A stretch of DNA of 64,000 bases. Origin: Candidatus Micrarchaeota archaeon. Its GTDB lineage: Archaea > Micrarchaeota > Micrarchaeia > Anstonellales > Anstonellaceae. The notes beneath the pieces are model-generated. The model was not told the origin of the DNA, ran no database searches, and was given only the letters and a program-made list of their open reading frames with translations. Every line of letters begins with the position of its first letter. Positions within the stretch are counted from its first letter, which is position 1. The position numbers and the translations under genes were made by a program. Where the stretch lies: NCBI GenBank assembly GCA_026414185.1, contig JAOAJL010000002.1, positions 11,075 to 75,074 of the forward strand. Reading direction: 5' to 3'. This document shows, piece by piece, positions 42,771 through 51,858 of this stretch.

Positions 42771-43216
42771 AAAGGAGCAAAGCCCCCTCCGCTTCGGTTC
42801 TGAGGGGTTCTTTTCTTGTCCTTGCCCGCCGCCTTTCCGTTCTGCTCAAAGGGTATCTTCACGTAATAGACGCCGTCCTCGTCTTTCAGCACAATCGGGT
42901 CGCGCGAAAGGGAATGAAGCTCAAGGGCAAAGACTCCCTTGGAGATTATCTTTATGTTCTCCACGTCCTCGGAGCTGAAGCTCATCCTGGCGTGGTAAGA
43001 TGGCGGCACCCTGCCTTCAGCGCCCGCCTTTGCATCCCGCCATCCTTCTTCCGTGGCGACGCCGCCTGCTCCTTCCCCCGCCGGCTTGCCACCTTCCGAG
43101 CCGGCATCGCAAACTGCCTGCCTGTTGAAAATGAAAACCTTGGCGCCGCAAGGGCAGCCGTCGTTTATCTCCTTTAGGCTTTTTGCCGCTCTTCCACACC
43201 TTACGCACTTGTGCAT
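42767..43216 (-). CDS. Zn-ribbon-containing protein (COG3364-like)
   Basis: MHKCVRCGRAAKSLKEINDGCPCGAKVFIF followed by a conserved-looking C-terminal beta domain. Lies immediately downstream of the GTPase. Confidence 0.65.
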   Translation of the reverse strand: MHKCVRCGRAAKSLKEINDGCPCGAKVFIFNRQAVCDAGSEGGKPAGEGAGGVATEEGWRDAKAGAEGRVPPSYHARMSFSSEDVENIKIISKGVFALELHSLSRDPIVLKDEDGVYYVKIPFEQNGKAAGKDKKRTPQNRSGGGFAPF

Positions 43217-43229
43217 GCATCCACCAAAA

Positions 43230-43850
43230 TTAGGAGAGCTTCTCTGCTATCCCAAGGTATAGCGCCTCAAGGTTCTCCCCGGTCATCGCAGATATGTCAA
43301 CGACTTCGTAGCCGGGGAAGGCTTCCCGCACCCTCTTGGTGTTTGCCTTTGGCAAGTCTATCTTGTTGGCAACTATGATTACCGGTATGTTCCTTGCCTC
43401 AATGTTTCCAAGTATGGTTATGTTGACTTGCGTGTAGGGATCCTCAGTGGCATCTATGATGAAAAGGGCGGCATCCACCTTGTCAAGATGCCTCACTGCC
43501 TCCACCACGCCGCGGGTCGCCTCCCTTGCCCTCTTTTGAGCCTCCTCTTTGGAAAGCCCGTATTCAAGAAAATCCCTGTAATCCACCTTCACCGCAATCC
43601 CAGGCATGTCAAGGACGTTCATGGTAAGAGCGTAGCCCTTGAGCTTGAGCACCACCCTGTCTTTGCGCTGGACGGTTCTTGTTTCGTGCGGAACCGGAGA
43701 GACTGCCCCGACCGGCTCGCCTGCCAGATCCACGCATATCCTGTTGGCAAGCGTTGTCTTGCCTACGTTGGGGCTCCCGTAAATTCCAATCGTTATGTTT
43801 TTTTTCTTCCCGAAGATGCCTTTAAGCCAGTCCAAAAGCCTGCCTATCAT
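43230..43850 (-). CDS. small GTP-binding protein (Era/Obg-like P-loop GTPase)
   Basis: G1 GSPNVGKTT, G3 DMPG and G4 ANKID motifs. 206 aa. Confidence 0.8.
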   Translation of the reverse strand: MIGRLLDWLKGIFGKKKNITIGIYGSPNVGKTTLANRICVDLAGEPVGAVSPVPHETRTVQRKDRVVLKLKGYALTMNVLDMPGIAVKVDYRDFLEYGLSKEEAQKRAREATRGVVEAVRHLDKVDAALFIIDATEDPYTQVNITILGNIEARNIPVIIVANKIDLPKANTKRVREAFPGYEVVDISAMTGENLEALYLGIAEKLS

Positions 43851-43887
43851 CCAAACACTTCCAAGCCTGCCTTTTTCCCATTAAAAA

Positions 43888-45138
43888 TTAAAAAGGCGCG
43901 TAGCTGACCTTCTTGCCTTCAATCCTGTATCTTCCCTTTGCGAAGCTGTCCACAACCATAGGAAGCCCCACATGCTCGCGCGCCAGTATCTTTGAAGCAG
44001 CTTCATCCGCGCTTTTGCAGTCAGAGATATCCACTTTCTCCTGGTATATTATCGGCCCGCCATCAAGGGTTTCATCAACAAAGTGTATGGTGTAGCCGGA
44101 AACCTTCTCCCCTGCCTCAAAGGCATCCCTCTGCGCATGCGCACCAGGGTATTTCGGCAGAAGAGAAGGGTGGATGTTTATCATCCTGCCAAAATAGGAA
44201 GAAAGAAGCTTCTTGTTCCTGATTATTTTCATATAGCCTGCCAAGACCACCAAGTCAGGCTGGAGCCCGTCAAGGACCTTCATTATCCCCTCGTCAAGCT
44301 CCTCTCTTGTCGCGTAGGGCACGACAAAGTAGGGTATGCCTGCTTTCTTCGCCCTTTCAATAGCCCCTGCCGATGGGTTGTCAGTAATCAGCCCCACAAT
44401 CTCCGCCGCCACCCTGCCTTCTTTCACCCCGTCTATTATTGACTGGAAGTCCGTTCCCCTCCCCGAAGCCAGAACCGCAACCCTGATTTTGCCTCTTTTC
44501 CCAAAGCCCTCCTCCTTTTGCCCCCCTCCGCTTTTGCATTCTATTACTTCGTCCTCAGTGACCAGCATATCCACCGAGACATCGTGCGGCTCGCTTGGAA
44601 TGCTGTCTTTTACCTGAAAGCCGTAGGCAAGGGCGACCTTCTTGCCCCCAACCCTTTTTAGAAGGGCGTCATAATACCCCATGCCGTATCCGATGCGGTG
44701 CCCCTTCCGGTCAAACCCCACTCCCGGCACAACCGCCAAATCCACCTCTTGCGGCTCAACCCTCCGCGCCTCATCCTTCTTCGGCTCCAATATGCCGAAG
44801 GCGCCGGGCGAAAGCTCCCCAACATCCTTAATTTCGTAAAGCTCAAGCCTCTTTTCCTCCTTGTTCGTCACAGGTAGCACAACTCTCTTTCCAAGCGAAA
44901 GTGCGGACTGGATTATGCCTTCCGTATGGACCTCGCTTTTTATTGAGGAGTAAAGAAGTATGCATCTGGCGGCTTCAAACTCCTTCGTGTGGATGAACCT
45001 GTCCATTATGCGGATGCAGTGCACGTGCCCTCCGCTTGCGTGGTGCGCTTCCCGCGCCGCAATAAGCTCGCGCCTTAGCTTTTCCTTCACCTGCTCACCG
45101 CCAGATTTACTGGGCGATAACCTTTTTATCCCTGCCAA
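43888..45138 (-). CDS. fusion protein: 5-formyltetrahydrofolate cyclo-ligase (N) plus phosphoribosylglycinamide formyltransferase PurN (C)
   Basis: The N half has GILEP, VVPGVGFDRKGHRIGYGMGYYD and PHDVSVDMLVTE (MTHFS motifs). The C half has RVAVLASGRGTDFQSII, MINIHPSLLP and GYTIHFVDETLDGGPII (PurN Asn/His/Asp). TTG 45138 overlaps folC. GTG 45090, preceded by GGTGAG, is an alternative start. Confidence 0.8.
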   Translation of the reverse strand: MAGIKRLSPSKSGGEQVKEKLRRELIAAREAHHASGGHVHCIRIMDRFIHTKEFEAARCILLYSSIKSEVHTEGIIQSALSLGKRVVLPVTNKEEKRLELYEIKDVGELSPGAFGILEPKKDEARRVEPQEVDLAVVPGVGFDRKGHRIGYGMGYYDALLKRVGGKKVALAYGFQVKDSIPSEPHDVSVDMLVTEDEVIECKSGGGQKEEGFGKRGKIRVAVLASGRGTDFQSIIDGVKEGRVAAEIVGLITDNPSAGAIERAKKAGIPYFVVPYATREELDEGIMKVLDGLQPDLVVLAGYMKIIRNKKLLSSYFGRMINIHPSLLPKYPGAHAQRDAFEAGEKVSGYTIHFVDETLDGGPIIYQEKVDISDCKSADEAASKILAREHVGLPMVVDSFAKGRYRIEGKKVSYAPF

Positions 45139-46387
45139 AAAGAAAAGCCAAAAGATAGATTGAGCCAGCGATTATTACGCAGCCGTCCTTTCCGGCTTTT
45201 TTCTTGGCAAGGGAAAGCGCGGCTTTTGGGCTTTTCAGGCAGGCGGCTTTTATGCCAGTCTTATGCGCGGCTTTCATAAGCTCCTTCATGCCCGCGCCTC
45301 GCCTGAGGGGAAGCTGCGTCAGCACCACCTCGTCAAAATGCGGCCTGAGGATGGAGAGCACCTGCTCGTAGTCCTTATCTGCCATCGCGGAAAAGAGCAA
45401 AACCCTCTTTTTCGTATGGAGCCTCCACACTTCCAGCCCCAGAGCATAAGCCGCCTCTGGATTATGGCAGCAGTCCGCAATCACAAGCGGGTTTTTCCCG
45501 ATGGTTTCCATGCGGTAGCGGGGCTTTGCAGCAAAAAGCCCTCTCTCAATCGCCTTCCTGCTTGCGCCAAGCTCGTGGCAGAGGGCAAGGGCAACCTTTG
45601 CGTTGCTGACCTGAAACCTTCCTGCGGCTGAAAGAGAAACATGGAACTCGTGCCCGCAATATCTTGCCTTGAAGGAATACTTCCCATCCCTTTCCTCTGT
45701 TTTTGGCACAAAAACTTCCGCGTCTGTGAATATCGGTGTCGCGCCTATGATTTCGCACTCCTTCCTTACAGCGTCCTCTGCCTCTCCGCTCAGGCTGCCA
45801 AGCACAAGCTTTTTCCCCTTGCGCGCAATCCCGCATTTTTCATGCGCTATTTCCGGTATCGTCTTTCCAAGGATGTCGGTGTGCTCAAATGATATTGAAG
45901 ATACCGCCGAGATTGATGGCTCAAAGGCATTTGTCGCATCCAGCCTTCCTCCCAGCCCGACTTCCAGCACAGCTACCTCCACCCCCCTCTTTTCAAATAT
46001 GGCGGCAGCCATCGCGGTCACAACCTCAAAAAAAGTCGCCTCTACCTGAAGGCTTTGGCATATCCCCTTGACCTTTGCGTAAGCCCAGCAGATATCGCCC
46101 TTGGATGCGTTTTTCCCGTTTATCCTTATCCTTTCGGAAAATTCCTCAACCTGCGGAGAAAAATATGTCCCAACCCTCTTGCCGTCCGCCTCAAGTATCT
46201 TCCCAATCATCTCAACCGTTGAGCCCTTGCCGTTGCTTCCCCCAACAATTACGCAGCGGTATTTTTCCTGCGGGTTTCCTGCCGCAGCAAGGATTTTTCT
46301 TATCCTTTCAAGCCCAAGCTTGCTTCCGAACCTGTCCAGCGAGTAAATCTCCTCCAACACCCGCTCATAAGCAGTGCTGCGGCGCAT
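45107..46387 (-). CDS. folC: folylpolyglutamate synthase/dihydrofolate synthase (Mur-ligase family)
   Basis: VIVGGSNGKGST P-loop and Mur ligase middle and C-terminal domains. 426 aa. Confidence 0.85.
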   Translation of the reverse strand: MRRSTAYERVLEEIYSLDRFGSKLGLERIRKILAAAGNPQEKYRCVIVGGSNGKGSTVEMIGKILEADGKRVGTYFSPQVEEFSERIRINGKNASKGDICWAYAKVKGICQSLQVEATFFEVVTAMAAAIFEKRGVEVAVLEVGLGGRLDATNAFEPSISAVSSISFEHTDILGKTIPEIAHEKCGIARKGKKLVLGSLSGEAEDAVRKECEIIGATPIFTDAEVFVPKTEERDGKYSFKARYCGHEFHVSLSAAGRFQVSNAKVALALCHELGASRKAIERGLFAAKPRYRMETIGKNPLVIADCCHNPEAAYALGLEVWRLHTKKRVLLFSAMADKDYEQVLSILRPHFDEVVLTQLPLRRGAGMKELMKAAHKTGIKAACLKSPKAALSLAKKKAGKDGCVIIAGSIYLLAFLFGRDKKVIAQ

Positions 46388-46396
46388 GCGATTACC

Positions 46397-47251
46397 CTAT
46401 TGCCGACGAGTTATCTTCCTGTAGCAGTCCAGAGCGTTCTCAATCAGCATCGCAATCGTCATCGGGCCGACCCCGCCAGGCACGGGAGTTGCCAGCGAGG
46501 CTTTTTTTGCCACAGAATCAAAATCCGCATCCCCCACAAGCCTTCCGCCAACCCTGTTTGTTCCGGCATCCACAACCACTGCCCCTTTTTTGAGCATCCT
46601 GCCGACAAGGGTGTTTGGCTTTCCAACAGCAACACAGACTATGTCCGCCCTCTTTGTAATCTCCCCCAGCCTTCTTGTTTTGCTGTGGCAGACCGTCACG
46701 GTGCAGTTCTCGTTCAGCAGCATAAGCGCAAGAGGCTTTCCCACTATCCTGCTTCTTCCTATCACGACGGCGTTTTTCCCCTCAAGGCGCACTCCGCTCT
46801 CCTTTAGCATCCTGACTATGCCCTTTGGCGTGCAAGGAGCGGTGCAAGGCAAGCCCAACGCCAGCCTGCCCATGTTTTCAGGATGGAAGCCGTCAACGTC
46901 CTTTTCAGGCGCAATCTCGGAAAGCACGGCGTTCTCGTCAATATGCCAAGGCAGAGGCAGCTGGACCAATATCCCATGCACCCCTTTGTCCGCATTAAGC
47001 TTCCTTACAGCGCTAACCACTTCATCTTGGCTTGCAGAGGCAGCAAGCCGTATGTTGCGCGACTCCATCCCCACCATCTTGCACGCCTCGTGCTTTTTTT
47101 GCGTGTAAAGGACGGAAGCTGGATTGTCGCCGACAAGGACAATGGCAAGACAGGGCTTGGGGGAGAGGGGGGCAATCTGCCTTTTCAATCTTGCCAGTAT
47201 TTCCAAAGCCATCCTCTTTCCGTCAATTATTTTTGCAGGCATGCAGACCAC
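46397..47251 (-). CDS. folD: bifunctional 5,10-methylene-THF dehydrogenase/5,10-methenyl-THF cyclohydrolase
   Basis: AKIIDGK...YTQKKHEACKMVG...LVQLPLP...VVIGRSRIVGKPLALMLL...PVPGGVGPMT. Confidence 0.9.
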   Translation of the reverse strand: MVCMPAKIIDGKRMALEILARLKRQIAPLSPKPCLAIVLVGDNPASVLYTQKKHEACKMVGMESRNIRLAASASQDEVVSAVRKLNADKGVHGILVQLPLPWHIDENAVLSEIAPEKDVDGFHPENMGRLALGLPCTAPCTPKGIVRMLKESGVRLEGKNAVVIGRSRIVGKPLALMLLNENCTVTVCHSKTRRLGEITKRADIVCVAVGKPNTLVGRMLKKGAVVVDAGTNRVGGRLVGDADFDSVAKKASLATPVPGGVGPMTIAMLIENALDCYRKITRRQ

Positions 47252-47257
47252 TCAAAG

Positions 47258-48502
47258 CTATCCCAATTCAGGATAAAGCGGAAACCTCTCCGTCATCTCA
47301 AGCACCTCTCCCCTCACCTTTTTCTGAAGCTCCCTGTCCGATGGATAGCGGCATATTTTTGCAATCATCTGCCCAATCTGCTTCATCTGGCTTTTCCCCA
47401 TCCCCCGCGTGGTTATGGCGGGCGTGCCAAGCCTTATCCCAGAAGTGATGAAAGGCGGCTGCTTGTCAAACGGAATGGTGTTCTTGTTCACGGTTATGTT
47501 TGCCTCGTCAAGCGCAAGCTGCGCCTCCTTGCCGGTTATTCCGAGGGCAGTCAGGTCCACAAGCATCAGGTGGGTGTCGGTGCCGCCTGAAATGAGCGTC
47601 AGCCCTTCCTCCATAAGCGACTCTGCGAGGGCTTTTGCGTTCTCCACCACTTCGTGCGCATAGCGGGAAAACTCAGGCTGCATCGCCTCGCGGAAGCAGA
47701 CTGCCTTGGCGGCAATCGCATGGTCCAGCGGACCCCCTTGCAAGCCGGGAAAAACCGCCTTGTCTATCGCAGCCGCATATTCGGATTTGCACAGGATTAT
47801 CGCCCCGCGCGGACCCCGAAGGGTCTTGTGGGTCGTGGAAGTTACCACGTCCGCATAAGGAAAGGGGTGGGGATGCGCCCCGCCTGCAATAAGCCCCGCG
47901 ATGTGCGCCATATCCACCATCAGCTTTGCCCCGCAGCAGTCCGCCACTTCGCGGAATCGCTTGAAATCAACCTGCCGCGGATAGGCAGTAAAGCCGCACA
48001 CGATAAGCGCGGGCTTTTCCTCCCGCGCCTGCCTTTCAATAGCGTCAAAGTCAAGCAGGTGGGTTTTCGCATCCACATTGTAGGCAACAAACCGGTAGGT
48101 CTTGCCGGAGAAGTTCACGCTTGCCCCGTGGGTAAGGTGCCCTCCGTGCGAGAGGTTGAGCCCCATGACCTTGTCGCCCGGGCTGAGCAGGGCAAAGTAG
48201 GCTGCCATGTTTGCCTGGCTGCCCGCGTGCGGCTGGACATTGGCATGCTCTGCCCGGAATATTTTCTTTGCCCTCTCAATCGCCAGCGTTTCCACCTCAT
48301 CAACAAACTGGTTTCCTCCGTAGTAGCGCTTGAACGGATAGCCCTCGGAATACTTGTTGGTGAATACCGAGCCCTGCGCCTCCATCACAGCCAGAGAGGC
48401 AAAATTTTCAGACGGGATGAGCTCCAGCCCTTCCCGCTGGCGTTGCAGTTCGCTTCGCACAAGCCCATAGACCTCTGGGTCCACCCTGCGCAAGTTCTCC
48501 AT
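47258..48502 (-). CDS. glyA: serine hydroxymethyltransferase
   Basis: [16 protein letters not shown] and [12 protein letters not shown] motifs. 414 aa. Confidence 0.95.
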   Translation of the reverse strand: MENLRRVDPEVYGLVRSELQRQREGLELIPSENFASLAVMEAQGSVFTNKYSEGYPFKRYYGGNQFVDEVETLAIERAKKIFRAEHANVQPHAGSQANMAAYFALLSPGDKVMGLNLSHGGHLTHGASVNFSGKTYRFVAYNVDAKTHLLDFDAIERQAREEKPALIVCGFTAYPRQVDFKRFREVADCCGAKLMVDMAHIAGLIAGGAHPHPFPYADVVTSTTHKTLRGPRGAIILCKSEYAAAIDKAVFPGLQGGPLDHAIAAKAVCFREAMQPEFSRYAHEVVENAKALAESLMEEGLTLISGGTDTHLMLVDLTALGITGKEAQLALDEANITVNKNTIPFDKQPPFITSGIRLGTPAITTRGMGKSQMKQIGQMIAKICRYPSDRELQKKVRGEVLEMTERFPLYPELG

Positions 48503-48512
48503 CCTTTCCCCC

Positions 48513-49832
48513 CTACTCCTTCACGGCGTTCTCCACTATCCTTTCAGCCTCTCCGATGTATGTGGAAGGGTCAAACAGCTTTTCAAGCTCCGCCCTCTTT
48601 ATGAGCGCCGCCACTTCCTTCTTTGCGGCAACCACTTCAAAAAGCCGCTTTCCGCTCTGCCGCGCCTCTATGGCGGACTGCCTCATCAGTTCGTGAGCCT
48701 CCTGCCTTCCCATCCCCCTTTCCGTAAGCTCAATCATCACCCGCTCAGCCATCACCGCGCCGCCGGTCAACTCAAGGTTGCGCCTTATGTTCTGCGGGAA
48801 AAATTCAAGCCCGGCAAGTATCTTGTTCATCTGCGAAAGCATGTAGTCGGTTATTATGAAGCTTTGGGCAAAGATGAAGCGCTCATTTGCCGAATTGGTC
48901 AGGTCTCGCTCATGCTCAAGGGCGATGTTCTCCATGGCAACCGCCACATTGCTCCGCACCAGCCTTGCAAGCGAGCATACCCTTTCGCATTTGTGCGGGT
49001 TCCTTTTGTGCGGCATGGTGGACGAGCCGACCTGCTTTGCGGAAAAAGGCTCAGCCACCTCCATTATCTCCGTTCTCTGAAGATTGCGGATTTCCTTCGC
49101 TATCTTCTCCATGCCGGAGGCGATGAGGGCGAGCACAAAAAGCACTTCCGCATGCCTGTCGCGCTGGACCACCTGGTTTGCCACTGCGACCGGCTCAAGC
49201 CCAAGCTCCCTCATGACTGCCTGCTGGACCTCAAAGCCCTTGCCGCGAAAAGTCGCCATTGTCCCAGCCGCACCGCTCATCTTTCCGACTGCAATTCTTT
49301 TTCCCGCCCACTCAAGCCGCTGCAGGTTCCTTTTCGCCTCCTGATAATAAAGCGCGAATTTCATTCCATAGGTGGTTGGCACGGCATGCTGCCCGTGGGT
49401 GCGGGCGATGCAGACGGTCTTCTTGTGCTTCAGCGCAAGCCCGCCAAGCAGCTTCATCGTATCCTTAAGCCTTTCTTCAATCCTGCCCAAAGCCCTCTTC
49501 ATCACCAAGCCGGTGGCAGTGTCCTCAATGTCATAGGAGGTTGCCCCGTAATGCACGTATCCCCCGTATTTTGGGCATTGCTCTGAAAGCGCCCTCACCA
49601 TCGCCATGAGGTCGTGGTGTATCTCGTTTTCTATCTCAAGCACGCGCTGCAGGCTCACTTTCTTTGCGCCCTTCTCAATCTCCTCAGCCGCGCCCTTGGG
49701 GATGTTGCCAAGCTTTGCGTGCGCCTTTGCGAGGGCAACCTCAACTTCCAGCCAAGACAAAAGACGCGCCTGCTCGTCAAAAAGGGAGTTCATCTCTGTT
49801 TTGTAGCGTGTTTCAATCGGACAGACCGCCAT
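48513..49832 (-). CDS. purB: adenylosuccinate lyase
   Basis: Fumarate-lyase signature [11 protein letters not shown]. 439 aa. Confidence 0.9.
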   Translation of the reverse strand: MAVCPIETRYKTEMNSLFDEQARLLSWLEVEVALAKAHAKLGNIPKGAAEEIEKGAKKVSLQRVLEIENEIHHDLMAMVRALSEQCPKYGGYVHYGATSYDIEDTATGLVMKRALGRIEERLKDTMKLLGGLALKHKKTVCIARTHGQHAVPTTYGMKFALYYQEAKRNLQRLEWAGKRIAVGKMSGAAGTMATFRGKGFEVQQAVMRELGLEPVAVANQVVQRDRHAEVLFVLALIASGMEKIAKEIRNLQRTEIMEVAEPFSAKQVGSSTMPHKRNPHKCERVCSLARLVRSNVAVAMENIALEHERDLTNSANERFIFAQSFIITDYMLSQMNKILAGLEFFPQNIRRNLELTGGAVMAERVMIELTERGMGRQEAHELMRQSAIEARQSGKRLFEVVAAKKEVAALIKRAELEKLFDPSTYIGEAERIVENAVKE

Positions 49833-49953
49833 GCTCCCACCTGAAGCGAGGAGCCCTGCGGCTAGCCTTTCAATCCTTTATCCCAGACCCCCCGCAACGC
49901 AAATTAGGACAGCGACAGTATTTATATTGGTTGGGTATCTTCAATAATCTGGT

Positions 49954-50155
49954 GCGGACGTAGTATAACCTGGCTAGTATCTTGGCCTTCCACCGGGAAA
50001 CCCATAAGGATTTCCTAAGGCGGGTTTCCGCGCCATCTTCCAAGCGGGGTTCCCCCAGGAAATGGCTTCGGAAGAAAGTCAATGGTCCGGGTTCAAAAGA
50101 TTTGGGCTGCCTCCCAAAATTTGGCAGCCCCTGTCTGCCAATCCCGGCGTCCGCA
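49954..50155 (+). tRNA. tRNA-Gly (anticodon TCC) with two introns (84 nt at 37/38; 44 nt in T-loop)
   Basis: GCGGACG-TA-GTAT-AACCTGGCTA-GTAT-C-TTGGC-CTTCCA-[intron 49993-50076]-A-GTCAA-TGGT-CCGGG-[51-nt T-loop region 50092-50142]-CCCGG-CGTCCGC-A. The intron's 3' part, GGAAG, pairs with anticodon-loop CTTCC. TATA-like GTATTTATATTGG about 30 nt upstream. Confidence 0.8.
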
Positions 50156-50157
50156 TC

Positions 50158-50163
50158 TTTTTT
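50158..50163 (+). terminator. oligo-T run after tRNA-Gly(TCC)
   Basis: TTTTTT begins 3 nt after the tRNA 3' end. Archaeal terminators are typically T-runs. Confidence 0.4.
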
Positions 50164-50837
50164 CAGTTTTGAATATAGACGCAGGCGCCGTCCTCATCGC
50201 AGAAAGAAAACGTGTCATACCTTTGCATACAAGTGTTTAGGTAAGATTCCTTGCAAAGGAAATAGTCTAAACAGGTAAACTTCAGTTCTATTTCAGGCAC
50301 CATTACCTGAGTAATCCCTTTTTTTTCATAATAAACTCTCAACTGCGCCTTAGCGTCCTTTACAATTGAATTAGCAGAGGCACTTCGGCCATATAAGCGC
50401 GGCTTGTTGCAGATAGAATCGTGGGATATCTGGATAAAAACAGATTCGGAGGTAGCTAGATTTATGCTACATCTTCCGATACAGCTAAAAGGCCCAATGA
50501 CAACGTGCTGCCAGTCGTCATAACTTTTTTGGTTCCCGTAGCGAATTTCACTTGCATTTCCGTTTACCGTAATGTTCAGAATCTTTATTGGGTAAGGTTC
50601 GTTGTTCACAACCCTGATAACCAGCGTATCTTGAGCATTATTGCCAATCCGTATGACAGAACCGTAAGCCTCAAGAATGCCAATCGGTCTGGCGCTTCTC
50701 CAGTAAGCCTCTGACTGCAATTGGCTGATTTCCCCGGATTTTCCTGCCGAGGAAATCACAAAAGAAACAGCAGCAATCCCGATAATCAATATTGCTCCAA
50801 GTATAAGAAGATATTCAGATGAGCCTTGCGCCTTCAT
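50163..50837 (-). CDS. prepilin-like protein (class III signal peptide) with Cys-rich C-terminal region, 224 aa
   Basis: MKAQG/SSEYLLILGAILIIGIAAVSFVI...SEAYWRSARPIGIL. C-terminal CLDYFLCKESYLNTCMQRYDTFSFCDEDGAC. Lower GC than surroundings. TATA-like box about 31 nt upstream. Confidence 0.75.
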   Translation of the reverse strand: MKAQGSSEYLLILGAILIIGIAAVSFVISSAGKSGEISQLQSEAYWRSARPIGILEAYGSVIRIGNNAQDTLVIRVVNNEPYPIKILNITVNGNASEIRYGNQKSYDDWQHVVIGPFSCIGRCSINLATSESVFIQISHDSICNKPRLYGRSASANSIVKDAKAQLRVYYEKKGITQVMVPEIELKFTCLDYFLCKESYLNTCMQRYDTFSFCDEDGACVYIQN

Positions 50838-50964
50838 ACCCTCCCTTTTTTGCTTATGGCAATAAAAAAGTTGACCTTACTTGGCCTTCCCACTCATCAT
50901 CACCATTTATAAACCATTTGCCACAAAAAGAAGGCAGTTGTGCTTTTGTTGAGAGGTGAAAAAC

Positions 50965-51846
50965 ATGAGGATGGCATTTGTAGCATTCGTTTTGCTCGTG
51001 GCGCCTGCCATATTAAGCGCAGGAGTGCTGACGCAGATGACAACTGCCTTTTCATATGTCGGCTATCCGTGCAACAGCCACGGCATAGACACCATCAGGC
51101 TGGCAAATGCGCCTGGCGATGTTCCTTGCGACCCTAATACTGACTGGTATTATTACTGTGCCGAGGTCATCCGCCTCAACTCAAGCAGAATCAACTCTTT
51201 TGGAGGACCTGGGGACGTCCTTCCCGGCAACTATTACTTCACCACTATCTATATTGACGTCATAGGCAGGACCGTGGAGCTTAACGAAACCCTCTCTGGA
51301 GTACAGGACAGAAACGCGCCAAAGCACCTCTGGCGCCCGCGCGTTTTTGCTAAACTGCCGACAAGGTCATGCTTCAACTGGGAATACCTGGAATTCAACA
51401 ACCCGCAAAGCATCATAGCATTTATTCCCGCAGGCAACAACTCCACAGGGCAGAAAGGCGGCTTTTACCTCACAAACGAATCCATCGGATTTTACACTCC
51501 TGCGGACTCAATGGAAGCGGTTGCCGGCGGCGAAACGGACATGCCCTCTGTGGATGTGAAATCAGACGCAGGAATAATTCTGAAGGAAATCGGCACAGAG
51601 CCTGCCTACGCAGCAATACGCCTTTATAACCTTGGCGCGCAGGGCTGGGGCTTCAAAAAGTCCAACTCCGCCTTTGACATGATGTTTTACAAGTGGACGG
51701 GCTGGAACCAGTTCCAGACTGTGCCCATGCCGTTTACCACCGAGCGCGGAACCTACTTCCCCAAGAACCCAACCTACAACCAGACAAACTTTGACATCCA
51801 GCTTTACTCCAGCCTTTCAGCAGGACCGCGGGCGTCAAAAAGATAA
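50965..51846 (+). CDS. secreted hypothetical protein (293 aa)
   Basis: ATG 50965 lies 5 nt after GAGGTGA. Signal peptide MRMAFVAFVLLVAPAILSAG. Rich in Asn/Thr/Tyr/Gly with paired Cys near the N-terminus. No family recognised. Confidence 0.7.
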   Translation: MRMAFVAFVLLVAPAILSAGVLTQMTTAFSYVGYPCNSHGIDTIRLANAPGDVPCDPNTDWYYYCAEVIRLNSSRINSFGGPGDVLPGNYYFTTIYIDVIGRTVELNETLSGVQDRNAPKHLWRPRVFAKLPTRSCFNWEYLEFNNPQSIIAFIPAGNNSTGQKGGFYLTNESIGFYTPADSMEAVAGGETDMPSVDVKSDAGIILKEIGTEPAYAAIRLYNLGAQGWGFKKSNSAFDMMFYKWTGWNQFQTVPMPFTTERGTYFPKNPTYNQTNFDIQLYSSLSAGPRASKR

Positions 51847-51858
51847 AAAAGGCGCCTC

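Noticed and set aside
47654-49586. Long plus-strand ORFs (316 aa and 297 aa) opposite glyA and purB
   Set aside because: They are antisense to two of the most confidently identified genes in the window, and their composition is shadow-ORF-like.
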